A stretch of 64,000 nucleotides of DNA from Squalus acanthias (Eukaryota): contig CM059433.1 of assembly GCA_030390025.1 (NCBI GenBank), forward strand, positions 5,270,001 through 5,334,000. Reading direction: 5' to 3'. Numbering within the stretch: position 1 is the stretch's first letter; each line of letters opens with the position of its first letter. The translations under genes were made by a program, and so were the position numbers. The notes under the pieces were generated by a model. The model did not search any database. It was given only the letters and a program-made list of their open reading frames with translations, and was not told the DNA's origin. Positions 36,062 through 49,107 of the stretch are shown piece after piece.

Positions 36062-36512
36062 GTGTCAGCTGTGGCTCAGTGGGTAGCACTCTCGCCTGTG
36101 AGTTCATGAAGGTTGTGAGTTCAAGTTCCCCTCCATGGGACTTGAGCACCTAAAGCTAGGCTGACACGCCAGGGCAGTGCTGCACTGTCGGAGGTGCCGT
36201 CTTTTGGATGAGACGTTAAACCGAGGTCCCGTCTGCTCTCTCAGGTGGACGTAAAAGATCCCATTGCACTATTTTGAAGAAGAGCAGGGGAGTTATCTCC
36301 TGAGGCCAATATTTATCCCTCAACCAACATAACAAAAACAGATTATCTGGGCATTGTCACATTGCTGTTTGTGGGAGCTTGCTGTGCGCAAATTAGCTGC
36401 TGCATTTCCTACATTACAACAGTGACTACACTTCAAAAGTACTTCATTGGCTGTAAAGCACTTTGGGACGTCCGGTGGTCGTGAAAGGCGCTATAGAAAT
36501 GCAAGTCTTTCT
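36062..36512 (+). mobile_element. Deu-domain SINE
   Basis: Full head, core and tail. Confidence 0.88.
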
Positions 36513-36827
36513 TAATGCACCCTCCATATTTGAAACAGTGGTGTGTCATCGTGGGATTTAAACTGGGAGAAGGAATTGATAGGGGGCAATGTTCCCTTCA
36601 ATTTTATTTGGTGCGCGGTCCCTTTAACTGGCTGCGTGACCCATTCAAATTTTTTCACATGCGCGGTTTCTTCCATGTAAAAGCCGGCGAGCGGCCGCAC
36701 AGCTTAGCGGGAACGTTGATAGGGAGCGCGACAAAATTCCCTCTTTCGTCTAGTGTCCTGGTCCTTGGTTGTGCAGCAGCTTGCATTTTTGTTTTAGCAA
36801 TCTTGACCTTTAAAGTACCGAAATAAT

Positions 36828-37156
36828 GAAAGAAAGAAAAAAGAAAGACTTGCATTTATATAGCGCCTTTCACGACCACCGGACGTCTCAAAGCGCTTTA
36901 CAATGAAGCACTTTTTGAAGTGGAGTCACTGTTGTAATGTAGGAAACACGGCAGCCAATTTGTGCACAGCAAGCTCCCACAAACAGCAATATGATAATGA
37001 CCAGATAATCTGTTTTTGTTATGTTGATTGAGGGATAAATATTGGCCCCTGGACACCGGGGATAACTCCCCCTGCTCTTCTTCGAAATAGTGCCGTGGGA
37101 TCTTTTACATCCACCCGAGAGAGCAGACGGGGCCTCGGTTTAACGTCTCATCCGAA
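36828..37156 (-). mobile_element. 5'-truncated Deu-domain SINE
   Basis: Tail and Deu core only. Confidence 0.85.
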
Positions 37157-37625
37157 GTCATCCTGACATTGTGTTGTCCTGGTAAAGCACTCGGAGTTAC
37201 ATGAGAACATTATGTTGCAGGAATCATTTAATGCAGGGAAAATAAATAGAGTTTGGGTAATAGCTAATGACAATCTTACTTATCTAAGTCAAATATAAAG
37301 CAGACTTTATGTGGTAACACAATACAGCTTCCTGTGACTCGAACTTTATTACATCACTTCCTGTGATTAGTCCAGGATAAATACTGGGCTGATCAGTTGG
37401 ATCCTGGAGAGGCATAGAGTAAGACCTCTTTTGTATGTAGCACCTTTTTAGTTGATTAAAGCTTACTTTAAGTTCACCACGCGTAAGGCTCATTCTTACG
37501 ACACTTTATACTAATTGCTGTTCTATGTTCCTTTGTGTTGGCAGTTAGTGCTACTCTGGGTCATATTTTAAAGTTTCCAACTCATATTCAAGAACCCATA
37601 CAAATATGGAAGTTCCCTTCTGCTT

Positions 37626-38411
37626 GGGGAAAAATTGGGTATCGGCCATTTTGGGGCGCTAGTATCGGCCGGGCGCAAAGTTTAGCGCCCGGCGCTAATT
37701 ATCGCCTCCGACTGCAAAATTCGCCTCTATCGCCCCTGGAGGTGATTTGAGCGCTAAATCAGGCGCTACACACCTCTCTTAAGGCGCTAACGTCAGGGAG
37801 CGAGGCGCTACCTCAGAACGCTACCGAAGCTCAGGCGATGTCCGTTACCATGGAAGCCAGACAGACTGGCGCCGTCCAGTTCTTAAAGGGGAGGGGCCAT
37901 CTTGCTGGCCAGCCACACCCTGCTCATTGCAGCCTTGAATCTCGGCCTGGAGAGACCTCGAAAGCAATTGTGTTGGAAGCACTAATGGAGAGGCCCAGGG
38001 AAAGAGCTCGGCGCTTAGGAATCTCAAAAGTGGTGCTGAGGGCCAAAACTCCTTAGGACAGTGTGTTAAATCTCTCCAGACGTCTCTCTCCCTCTCAACC
38101 TGTGTGTACCAAAAATTTTGCCGACAAGAAAAAGCAGGAAGCGCCCGCCTTTAAATAGCGCTTCCCCAGCCCCTTCCCGACTTGAAAACGTTCCCCTCTA
38201 TCTGTCGTTCCTAGCGGCAGGCACTAAGGCGCAACTCAATTTCCGGCGCTACCGGGGCGTTGCACGCTTGCATGATGTCACGATCTGCGGGCGCAGGAGA
38301 TCGTGGCGGTAGTGTTTAGCGCCAGCGTCAATTGCGTGAGCGGCGCTAAAATCGTCGCGCTCGGGCGCTAAGTTGGTAACGGGAGGCGCTAACCAACCGA
38401 ATTTTTCCCCC
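37626..38411. mobile_element. Harbinger-type MITE related to 1404-2103
   Basis: TIRs GGGGAAAAATTGGGT / AACCGAATTTTTCCCCC and many subterminal GGCGCTA motifs. Confidence 0.8.
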
Positions 38412-38805
38412 ATAGGATCTTGGGGGATTGCTGCTCAGGTGGTACATTTAAACTACCACTGGCTGGATTTCAGACATTTCTTTGAGATAAACATTCCCTT
38501 CTAAAGCTATAAGACATTAGAAAGATAATCTTGGAATTTAAAAAGCTTTTTTTTGTCATACTCATTAACATTACAAAGTCAGTAATTCATTCATAGAGTT
38601 CATATCTACTGATTCTGGTGCCATGGCAACCGTAACCATATAATTCTCAGGTCAAAGGGTTGGTGTTAAATCTCCAGAGAAAGATTAAATTACGGTTTAT
38701 AGATTTTATACATTTGTTACAGTATACAGAAACCCTGTTTTAAAAGGCAGGTTTCTTTTTAGTGCACCCTTGCTAATACAGAACCTTTCAGTCTGGATAC
38801 CAGAG

Positions 38806-39226
38806 CATAAGAACAGAAGAAATAGGAGCAGGAGTCGGCCATTCGGCCCCTCGAGGCTGCTCCGCCATTCAATAAGATCGTGCCTGATCTTCTACCTCAT
38901 CTGAGACTGTGACCCCTGGTTCTAGACTCCCCAGCCAGGGGAAACATCCTCCCTGCTTCTACCCTGTCAAGCCCTGTAAGAATTTTGTATGTTTCAATGC
39001 GATCACCTCTCATTCTTCTAAACTCCAGAGAATATAGGCCTAGTCTACTCAATCTCTCCTCATAGGACAATCCCCTCATCCCAGGAATCAGTCTGGTGAA
39101 CCTTCATTTCACTCCCTCTATGGCAAGTATATCCTTCCTTAGGTAAGGAGACCAAAACTGTACACAATACTCCAGGTGTGGTCTCACCAGGGCCCTATAT
39201 AATTGCAGTAAGACATCTTTACTCTT
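38806..39226 (-). mobile_element. CR1 3' fragment with internal deletion
   Basis: GLSYEERLSRLGLYSLEFRRMRGD...RTRGHSLR joined directly to the 3' UTR. Confidence 0.88.
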
Positions 39227-39499
39227 ATCCCCGTGGGCCGCACAGCAGTTCCCCCTCCCCCGACTTACTTTGGGAAAACTGCAAGGAGCTGAAGTTTGAA
39301 ATGAAACTTAAAAAATATATATATAAACACAAGTCATTGCACATGTGTAAGCACACTACTTATGTTCAGGTGAATGAAAGGAAGACTCGCAGGATGGAAG
39401 GCAGGAGAGATTAAGAGACAAAAGGGATGATGGTGCGAGGCAAAAGGAGATGGTAATGGGACAAGTTAAGAAACAAAAGATGACGCTCGATGTGAAATG

Positions 39500-39760
39500 A
39501 AATAACAACAGAAAGTGCTGGAAACACTCAGCAGGTGAGGCAGCATCGAGGAGAGAGAAACAGAGTCAACGTTTCGGGTCGAGGACCCTTCGTCAGAGCT
39601 GGAAAAGTTACCCCTCCTTTTGCCTCGCCCCATCATCCCTTTTGTCAGTCACTCTCTCCTGCCTTCCATCCTATCACAGACCTTCCCTTTGTTCTTTCCT
39701 CCCCTCCTCCCTGCCCCTGCTTAAAAATCTCTCCTCCCTAACCCTTTCCAGTTCTGACAT
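39500..39760 (-). mobile_element. Penelope-associated short repeat with hammerhead motif (39564-39600)
   Basis: Minus strand: AGCT-CTGACGA-A-GGGTC-CTC-GACCC-GAAA-CG-TT-GACT. A truncated inverted partner TTTCCAGTTCTGAC lies near 39745. Confidence 0.65.
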
Positions 39761-40271
39761 GGCTTGTTTTTATTCAGAATTCAACTTGTCCCACGTTTAA
39801 TGGAGTTTGAATTAGGAATTAAGGCAGAATGAACAGTCTTTGTGTAATATTTTCACATTCCAGTGAGCTCATTACGAGCCTGTCTCTCTAGTAGGAGTCC
39901 ACAGTAACTCTCACTTGATGTTTCCTTTCACTGAGTTGGGATGTGATTAACACAGGTTCCAGCAATTTCTGAGACCACAGACCAAGTGATTATAGATAAC
40001 CCGTGAAAAGTAATTACCATTGACTACCAGCTTGACACAGTTTCACACTGGGATAGCAAGATGAGATACCAATCGAAGATTTTGCATTGATTCTGTCATA
40101 CTGATATTTAGTGCAGTGTTCGCTTGTTGTCCTTTCCTTTTTATCCATGTTAAATGTATATTATGCTGTATATATATATAATATATAATATATATGTGTG
40201 TGTGCCATAATTTCCTCAAATGTGTGCTTACAACAGTATACTGTACAGGGCACCTTTTTAGGGTTATGTGA

Positions 40272-41110
40272 TGAAGGTTCTCTTTATCGGAAACTTGGAA
40301 CATGGTAGACGACTCGGCTTAATGATGGTGTAAGATTCTAAAAAACCGTAATAAAACCGTTGCTACCGTGTGGAGATTGAAGTTCAGAACGAATTGTGAA
40401 ATGGTGATGGAATACTCAAAATGTAAGAAGTCAGCATGTGTTCCTTTGTTTGTGAAGAGACAAAAATGGAGGAAGTCAGCAGGGGGTCCTTTGCCTGGTG
40501 GTCAGTTTATGGTCCTTTGTTTGTGAGGCCACATGGACAGGAAGGAGAGACACCGAGTGAAGAGGAAGTCCCGCCCCCACATACATCACAGCAACATGAA
40601 TGTGTCATGCAGAAGGAACTCCAATCAGGGAAGGTTTGGAGTGAAACTGACCTATCAGAAGCAGGCAGATGGCGATATACGAGGGAGTCCAGCAGAAAGG
40701 CACTATAAAGAGATAACCCAGAGGCGGGAAATTCAGAAAGAAGGAAGAAGAAGGAAGAACAGAGGAACAAATAAAGCTGGCCAGTCTATATTTGCGACTT
40801 GCGACTTTTCTGGACCGATCACCCAGAGATAAAGGAGTATGTATGAAAGTCGGACATAGAGCTTAGATATTGTTAAAGGGTTCTTTTATGTACGGTTGAC
40901 TTGGGATATAAATCGCCAGGAGTTAGCATATAGGTTTCTGGGAATACCGTTTATGTATGGTAAATTGGGAGCATATTGATTGTGATGTACACTTGAATTT
41001 TGAACTATAGTGTGAATAAAGATCAATTTTATTGATCACATGCTTATCCGTCATTGTTACGCTTATTCATAATTCTCGAGGTCTGAACAGTAGCAAGAAA
41101 AAGGTTTACA
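40272..41110 (+). mobile_element. Probable solo LTR
   Basis: TG...CA ends, near-TSD GTGA/GTGG, TATAAA at ~40705, AATAAA at ~41015. Confidence 0.45.
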
Positions 41111-41211
41111 GTGGCTTGATCTTCCAAAAGGTTGTGATGGTTAATTATGATGTTTTATATCGGTGAAAAATAGTAAAACTTCATATTAAGTTCTTTTGTC
41201 AGGAGTTTATT

Positions 41212-41572
41212 GGGGCAGAAATTCGGCTCTTGTCGGGTGAGTACACGCTGTGTACTCACCCGTAGGACCACCGGAAGTGCCGGTTTCGCGCATGCACTGC
41301 GCATGCACGGGAAACCGGAACGTCCGGTCTCGTGAAAGAAGGAGTTCGAGGGTCAACTGCGTGCTCCGATTGGCTCTCCATGGCCCATGTGATCCCAGGG
41401 GACGCTTCGAACTAACTGTGCCCCTGGGATACGCAAGCACTGCACGCCGGCAGCTGCAGGAGGCCCAGGAGCCGAAGTCCACGTGGGCCCGAAGCACAAC
41501 GGCAGGCGCGATAGGTAAGTATGCGCGCGATCCTTGCACCCGCGGGAAGCCGGAGAGCCAAATTTCTGGCCC
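41212..41572. mobile_element. Harbinger-type MITE, short form of 56162-56926
   Basis: TIRs GGGGCAGAAATTCGGCTC / GAGCCAAATTTCTGGCCC; ATT duplication. Confidence 0.85.
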
Positions 41573-41719
41573 ATTATCTACTAGTTTTGATTCTTCACTT
41601 CAACTTTGACCATTGTTTTGGACCTTCAGACCACTATTTTGTTAAACAGGAGCGATCATTATAAGTGTATTTATCCACTTCATTGATTGACCCAAAGCTG
41701 TGATTGCAATGATAGAAAA

Positions 41720-42566
41720 TTATATTTTGAAAAGTGTAGATGAGCAGAGAGACCGTGGTCTCCATATACACAAATCCTTAATGGTGGCAGGGCAAGTTGA
41801 TAAAGTGGTTAAAAATGCATATAGGTTACTTGGGTTTATAAATAGAGGAGTAGAATATAAAAACAAAGGGATCATGCTAGAACTTTATAAATCACTGGTT
41901 AGAGTATTGTGGACAATTCTGGGCCCCACACTTCAGGAAAGATGCAAAGGCCTTAGAAAAGGTACAGAGGAGGTTTACCAGGATGTTACCAGGGATGAGG
42001 GACTTCAGTTATGAGAAGTTAGAAAAGTTAGGACTGTTCTCCTTGGAACAGAGAAGGTTAAGAGCTGACCTAATAGAGGTTTTGAAGATGATGAGAGGTT
42101 TTGATAGAGTAGACAGAGAAAAATGATTCTCTCTGGCGAGTGTGTCAATTTCCTACATTACAACAGTGACCACACTTCAAAAGTACTTAATTGGCTGTAA
42201 AGCGCTTTGGGATGTCCGGTGGTCGTGAAAGGTGCTGTAGAAATGCAAGTCTTTTCGTTCAATAACCAGAGGTCATAGATTTAACATCATTGGCAAAAGT
42301 TCTAGAGGGGAGATGAGGAGAATTTTTTTCACTTGGAGAGTTGTTGGGATCTGGAACGCTCGACCGGGAAAGGCGGTGGAAGCTGATTCCATCAATAATT
42401 TTAAAAGGGAGTTGGACGGGTCCTTGAGGATCAGCAACTTACAGGTTTACAGACAAAAAGCGGGGGTGGGGGTCTAAACACCATTGCTCTTTCAAAGAGC
42501 CAGCAACAGGCACGACGGGCCGAATGGCCTCCTTCTGTGCTGTAAGTTTCTGCGATTCTATGATTC
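41720..42566 (+). mobile_element. Degraded CR1 3' region with a SINE tail inserted (about 42148-42256)
   Basis: VDEQRD...VDKVVKNAYRLLGFINRGVEYK; (ATTCTATG) tail. Confidence 0.8.
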
Positions 42567-43693
42567 TGTTAATAGTTTGATTTCAACAACTGGCATGAAG
42601 CTGAAGGCATGATAGATTTTATAAAAAGTAACAGTGGCAAACCCCAGGGCATGTCAAGTATATCGTAACCCACCATGTTGGCAGTGGCTATTAATAAGAA
42701 GAGAAAGCCAATGTAGAGAATAACACAAGGGCAAGAATGCGAGAGTCACCCTAAACCTTTCTGTTTTTAGATCTCAGCACTGCGCTTTGTACGAACGGGC
42801 AATTGGGAATGTGAACAAATCAGGGTTGGTACACAGTGACAAATCAGGGTTGGTACACAGTGACAAATACCTCACAATTAATTTGAGATTTCTTTTGTTT
42901 TTCTTGGTGAGCTGTGGTCCCTGATTGTGAAATCAAGGTGGCAGCTGGTATTTAATTTTTAATGCTAGAAGTTCTATTTTTCATCAGACAGTGGCACTTT
43001 AGAGCGATAAAAAATGTATTCTTTACTAAAAAATTTAGAACACATAGCTGGATGGGCAGCCACCAGGGGACACCAGTCACGTCGAAGAGGTGTCAGCAGA
43101 GATCGGCAATGACAATCTCATGTTCCATTTAATGGAACGTACAGACTTCACGCGGACCCTGGCTAAACAGCTCCTTCTGCTTTGATCAGAGATTATTTCA
43201 CACATCGGTGAACATGGAGAAAAATAAATTCCAAGCAAACTATTACATTCTTCATATCTCAAAGTTAAAAAAGCACATTGGGTTAAGAATCTGGATGAAT
43301 AAAGGTTCTGGCCAGACTTTACAAAACAACCACTCGCACACCTCAGGACATCTCCGAGCTCTTTAAAATAGGAACAAAAGCAATACAGTGGACAAAGCAC
43401 CTGGGGAAGGAGGAGGGGAGTGGAGAAGCGAGAATGGGGAATCGAAGTCATGGTTGCAAGGGAGTGTTTTGAGGTGATTTTTGAAGGCAGGGAATATGGT
43501 GACGAGGAGGGGAAACTGGGTAGAGAATTCTAGAGGGCAAGAATGTAATAGCTGAGCGAGTAGCCACCAATGGGAAAGCAAAGGGAGTGTGTGGATTGGA
43601 TTTTCCGCTGCTACTCCACCCCAAATCAAGCGGGATAGCATTGTAAATAGCAGGTCAAATTGGGTGGCAAGGCCTAGCACTGTGTCCTTGCCC

Positions 43694-44580
43694 CAACAAC
43701 AACAACAACTTGGATTTATATAGCACCTTTAACGCGGTTATAGAAACATAGAAACATAGAATCTAGGAGCAGGAGTAGGCCATTCGGCCCGTCGAGCCTG
43801 CTCCGCCATTCAATACGATCATGGCTGATCATCCAAATCCAGTACCCTGTCCCTGCTTTAATCCCCACAGTACACATATCCCACCCTACCCCCGTAACCC
43901 CACGTATTTAATTCCCCCTAACATATCCCATCCTATCCCCATAACCCCACATATTTAATCCCCCCTAACACTAAGGGTCAATTTATCATAGCCAAATCAA
44001 CCTAACCCACACATTTTTGGACTGTGGGAGGAAACCGGAGAACCCGGAGGAAACCCACGCAGACACGGGGAGAATGTGCAAACTCCACACAGACAGTCAC
44101 CCGAGGTCAGATTCGAACCCGGGTCTCTGGCGCTGTGAGGCACCAGTGCTAACCACTATGCCACCGTGTTGCCCAAGGTACTTCACGGGAGCGTTATCAA
44201 CCCAAATTCGACACCGCGCCACATAAGGAGACATTCAGACCGGTGACCGAAAGGTTGTTCAGAGAAGTAGGTTTTAAGAAGTGTCTTAAAGGAGGAGAGA
44301 GAGGTAGAAAGATGGAGAGGTTTAGGGAGGGAATTTCAGAACTTAGGGCCTCAGCAGCTGAAGGCACGGCCGGCAATGTTGGAGCAATAAAAACCGGGAT
44401 TGTGCAGGAAGCCAGAATTAGAGGAGCGCAGAGTTCTCAGGAGGGTTGTGGGGCTGGAGGAGGTTACAGAGATAGGGAGGGGGCGAGGCCACGGAGGGAT
44501 TTGAAAACAAGGATGAGAATTTTAAAATCGAGAAGTTGTCGAACCTGGAGCCAGTGTCGATCAGCGAGCACGGGGTGATG
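43694..44580 (-). mobile_element. L2 3' fragment interrupted by an HE1-like SINE
   Basis: LDFKILILVFKSL frame; (TTG)n tail at 43694-43709. Confidence 0.8.
43740..44173 (-). mobile_element. HE1-like V-SINE with CR1-derived tail
   Basis: tRNA head (GGTGGCATAGTGG, GGTTCGAATC), V-domain TGTGGAGTTTGCACATTCTCCCCGTGTCTGCGTGGGTTTCCTCCGG, and a CR1 3' UTR with (TTTCTATG)n tail. Confidence 0.88.
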
Positions 44581-44660
44581 CGGGTGTACGGGGATCGATT
44601 TCCCTCCCCCTGTGCCCCAGCCAGGACGGCCACTGCTGCCCCTTCCCCCTCTGCTACCTG

Positions 44661-45590
44661 CAAATACAAAGCTGGGTGGGCGTGTGTGCTGTAAGGAGGA
44701 TGGAGAGAAACTCCAGTATGATTTGGACAGGTTGGGTGATTGGGCAGATGCATGGCAGATGCAGTGTAATGTGGATAAATGCAAGGTTATCCACTTTGGT
44801 GGCAAAAACAGGAAGACAGATTATTATCTGAACGGCAATAGATTGGGAAAAGGGGAGGTGCAACGAGACCTGGGAGTCCTTGTGCACCAGTGGCTGAAGG
44901 TAAGCATGCAGGTGCAGCAGGCGGTTAAGAAGGCAAATGGTATGTTGGCCTTCATAGCGAGAGGATTCGAGTACAGGAGCAAGGATGTCTTGCTGCAGTT
45001 GTACAGGGCCTTGGTGAGACCACATCTTGAGTATTGTGTGCAGTTTTGGTCGCCTTATCTGAGGAAGGATGTTCTTGCCATGGAGGGAGTGCAGCGAAGA
45101 TTCACCAGACTGATACCTGGGATGGCAGGAATGACGTATGAAGAGAGATTGGGTCGATTAGGCTTATATTCGCTAGAGTTTCGAAGAATGAGAGGGGATC
45201 TCATTGAAACTTATAAAATTCTAACAGGACTAGACAGACTAGATGCAGGAAGGATGTTCCCGATGGCGGGGGAGTGCAGAACCAGAGGTCACAGTCTAAG
45301 GATAAGGGGTAAGTCATTTAGGACTGAGATGAGGAGGAATTTCTTCACCCAGAGAGTGGTGAACCTGTGGAATTCTCTACCACAGAAGGCAGTTGAGGCC
45401 AATTCATTAAATATATTGAAGAAGGAGTTAGATATATTTCTTAAGGCTAAAGGGATCAAGGGATATGGGGAGAAATCAGGGACAGGGTACTGAGTTTGGA
45501 TGATCAGTCATGATCTCATTAAATGGCGGAGCAGGCTAGAGGGGCTGAATGGCCTACTCCTGCTCCTATCTTCTATGCTTCTATGCTTCT
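44661..45590 (+). mobile_element. CR1 3' region; ORF2 C-terminus open to 45493
   Basis: Protein closely similar to the C-terminal third of the ORF2 ending at 8596. Confidence 0.93.
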
Positions 45591-46067
45591 AATACTGGCT
45601 GGACGCCGGGGTGGGGGTGTGGTGGGTCGGAGGTGATTGTGAGGCCCGGGTTCCCGCCCCATTACCCTCCTACACCTGTTTCTGCTGCTCCCTGGGTTTG
45701 CCCGGTGAAATGTAGTAGAAAGCCCTGGGGAGTGGCAGGAATGGCCCCAAATGCTGCAAATCGAGGGAAAGGTACACGTAGAGGCTTCCTCTCCCTCCGA
45801 TTCATCCGGATGGCTTACTCATGAAGGCCTCGGTCGTGAATAAGGCCTTCAGTGGACTACTGCTTCCAGTATTTGGGTGCTGTGGCCCCTTTAAATTTTC
45901 TTTTTTGACCACTTGCGGTACTGCTGCAGCACCACCTGAATCTTCATGAAGGTCACTGGCTGGAATCCTGCCAGGTGCCTGTGATGAATAGATTCCCCGA
46001 CCCATGAAACCAGGCCAGCATCATGGTGGGATCAGGCTGGCCGGCAGAAGTCCTGTCCCGATCCCTT

Positions 46068-46527
46068 AGTGTCAGCTGTGGCTCAGTGGGTAGCCCACTC
46101 ACCTCTTGAGTCAGAAGGTTGTGGGTTCAAGTCCCACTCCAGAGACTCGAGCACAAAAATCTAGGCTGACACTCCAGTGCAGTGCTGAGGGAGTGCTTCA
46201 CTGTTGGAGGTGCCGTCTTTCAGATGAGATGTTAAACCGGGGCCCCGTCTGTTCTCTCCGGTGGACATAAAAGATCCCATGGACACTATTTCGAAGAAGA
46301 GCAGGGGAGTTATCCCCGGTGTCCTGGGTCAATATTTATCCCTCAACCAACATAACAAAAACAGATTATCTGGTCATTATCACACTGCTGTTTGTGGGAG
46401 CTTGCTATGCGCAAATTGGCTGCTGCATTTCCCACATTACAACAGTGACTACACTTCAAAAAGTACTTCAAGCGCTTTGAGACGTCCGGTGGTCGTGAAA
46501 GGTGCTATATAAATGCAAGTCTTTCTT
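46068..46527 (+). mobile_element. Full-length Deu-domain SINE
   Basis: Head, core and tail intact. Confidence 0.9.
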
Positions 46528-47417
46528 TAAGAACAGTAAGAGGAAAATCCAGCCCTGTGTTTCTTGAGAAGGGGAGTGATGACGGTCGTTTATAAGGATA
46601 TGAGGGCAGTTTTGGACAAGGGAGGCAGTTTGATGTTGTTGGCAAGCATGGGGGTAAGGAATTGACGTTCGGTGCTCAGGAGCTGGGATGAGAGTGAATC
46701 AAGGGAGTTGGTGGTGCAAGTGGTGCAGTGAGGAGAGACAGGGAGAAGCTGCAAAGCACAGGAGGGGCGAGGGCACGGTTATACGGAGGGTAAATGGAGG
46801 AGCTTGGAGTAGGGGGCTTGGGAGGCAATCAGAGTTGGCAGCGGCCATAATGCGAATGGCCTTGGTTTTGGACCTTGGTGGGTTGGCCGAGTTGGCAGGA
46901 TTGCGTTGATGAGCCTTCGTCCATGGCCCTGAGCTCTCGAGAGTCTCCTGCAGACCTCACAAATCTGACAGACACGCTCGTGAAGTAAATACATTTCAGT
47001 CGTGCTTTCAAAACCATTTCGCTGGCGTGGCCCATGGAAGCTGCCGCAAGTGTTTAAATATTGTAGCAGCACGCTTGTCCCTGCCACTCAGTCCCACTTC
47101 CAGAACGGCAGGCTGGGTATTCTGGGGCGAGTGACTCACCTCCTGACTCCCCAAAGCCTTTCCACCATCTACAAGGCACAAGTCAGGAGTGTGATGGAAT
47201 ACTCTCCACTTGCCTGGATGAGTGCAGCTCCAGCAACATTAGTGTCCATAATACAGTGAGCTCAGTGATTTTATTTAAATTAGGTTGACATCCAAAAGCT
47301 GCAGTGGAATCAGCCGACTTCTCACTGGGCAGATGTGAATTATGGTCTGGCGTATTTCCACTCAGGATTCCATCCAACCAGAAAATTTGAGCAACATCTC
47401 TCAGCCTTGTCATTTCC

Positions 47418-47582
47418 GAATCACAGCTATTGTCCAGTCTTGGGAATCACAGCTATTGTCCAGTCTTGGGAATCACAGCTATTGTCCAGTCTTGGGAATC
47501 ACAGCTATTGTCCAGTCTTGGGAATCACAGCTATTGTCCAGTCTTGGGAATCACAGCTATTGTCCAGTCTTGGGAATCACAG
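47418..47582. repeat. 26-bp minisatellite, about 6.3 perfect copies
   Basis: Unit GAATCACAGCTATTGTCCAGTCTTGG at 26-bp spacing. Confidence 0.95.
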
Positions 47583-48539
47583 AGAGCAGTTACATTTTCA
47601 AACCGTTAAACAATGGGAAACTACGTAATGTTAGTTAGGTAGAAATAATAGACTCAATGATGTCACTAGATTTTTATAAGCATATGACTTTGCCTAATGT
47701 AAAAACAAACCCTGGTGGACTAAAATGTACGGTATTTTTTAAAAATTCGTTCATGGGATGTGGGCGCCAGCATTTATTGCCCATCCCTAGTTGCCCTTGA
47801 GAAGGTGGTGGTGAGCCACCTTCTTGAACCGCTGCAGTCCGTGTGGTGAAGGTGCTCCCACAGTGCTGTTAGGATTTTGACCCAGCGACGATGAAGGATC
47901 GGCGATATATTTCCAAGTCAGGATGGTATGTGACTTGGAGGGGAACTTGGAGGTGGTGATGTTCCCATGCGCCTGCTGCCCTTGTCCTTCTAGGTGAAAA
48001 AGGTTGCGGGTTTGGGAGGTGCTGCTGAAGAAGCCTTGATGAGTTGCTGCAGTGCATCTTGGAGATGGTACACACTGCAGCCACGGTACGCCGGTGGTGG
48101 AGGGAGTGAATGTTTAAGGTGGTGGATGGGGTGCCAATCAAGTGGGCTGCTTTGTCCTGGATGGTGTCGAGCTTCTTGAGTGTTGTTGGAGCTGCACTCA
48201 TCCAGGCAAGTGGAGAGTATTCCATCACACTCCTTACTTGTGCCTTGTAGATGGTGGAAAGGCTTTGGGGAGTCAGGAGGTGAGACACTCGCCCCAGAAT
48301 ACCTAGCCTCTGACCTGCAGTATTTATGTGGCTGGTCCAGTTAAGTTTCTGGTCAATGGTGACCCCCAGGATGTTGATGGTGGGGGATTCGGCGATGGTA
48401 ATGCCGTTGAATTTCAAGGGGCGGTGGTTAGACTCTCACTTGTTGGAGATATGATGTGGAGATGCCGGCGTTGGACTGGGGTGGACAAAAATGAGAAGTC
48501 GCACAACACCAGGTTATAGTCCAACAGATTTATTTAATT

Positions 48540-48577
48540 TTACAAGCTTTCGGAGCTGTCGCTCCTTCGTCAGGTAA
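48540..48577 (-). ncRNA. Minimal hammerhead ribozyme motif
   Basis: TTAC-CTGACGA-A-GGAGC-GACA-GCTCC-GAAA-GC-TT-GTAA on the minus strand. Confidence 0.78.
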
Positions 48578-49069
48578 GTTAGCAATGAGAGAATCTCCCA
48601 GAATTCACAATTTAAACCCAGACAAAATCTATTCACATTATTCGCTACAACAAAGAGCACAGCCAAGACAATGAGATGTGTCCCAGGGGGTCCAGCGTGT
48701 CAAACCACCTGCTGGCTGCATATCCTGTCAATTTGTGTTCTTGTGTTTTTAAAAAAAAAACAAACACCTGGGAAGACCGGCCATGATGTCAAGTCACGTT
48801 CTGTATCGTGACATGAACCCGATATCGCGATTGAGGCCATCCTCATGAGTGCGGAACTTGGCTATCAGTTTCTGCTCTATGATTTTGCGCTGTCGTGTAT
48901 CTCGAAGGACACAAATTGACAGGATATGCAGCCAGCAGGTGGTTTGACACGCTGGACCCCCTGGGACACATCTCATTGTCTTGGCTGTGCTCTTTGTTGT
49001 AGCGAATAATGTGAATAGATTTTGTCTGGGTTTAAATTGTGAATTCTGGGAGATTCTCTCATTGCTAAC

Positions 49070-49107
49070 TTACCTGACGAAGGAGCGACAGCTCCGAAAG
49101 CTTGTAA
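49070..49107 (+). ncRNA. Minimal hammerhead ribozyme motif
   Basis: The same motif on the plus strand. Confidence 0.78.

Noticed and set aside
46068..46145. tRNA gene
   Set aside because: A- and B-boxes belong to a SINE head followed by Deu core and tail; the same applies to the other SINE copies.
47418..47582. CRISPR-like array
   Set aside because: Units are directly adjacent with no unique spacers; eukaryotic context with no cas genes.
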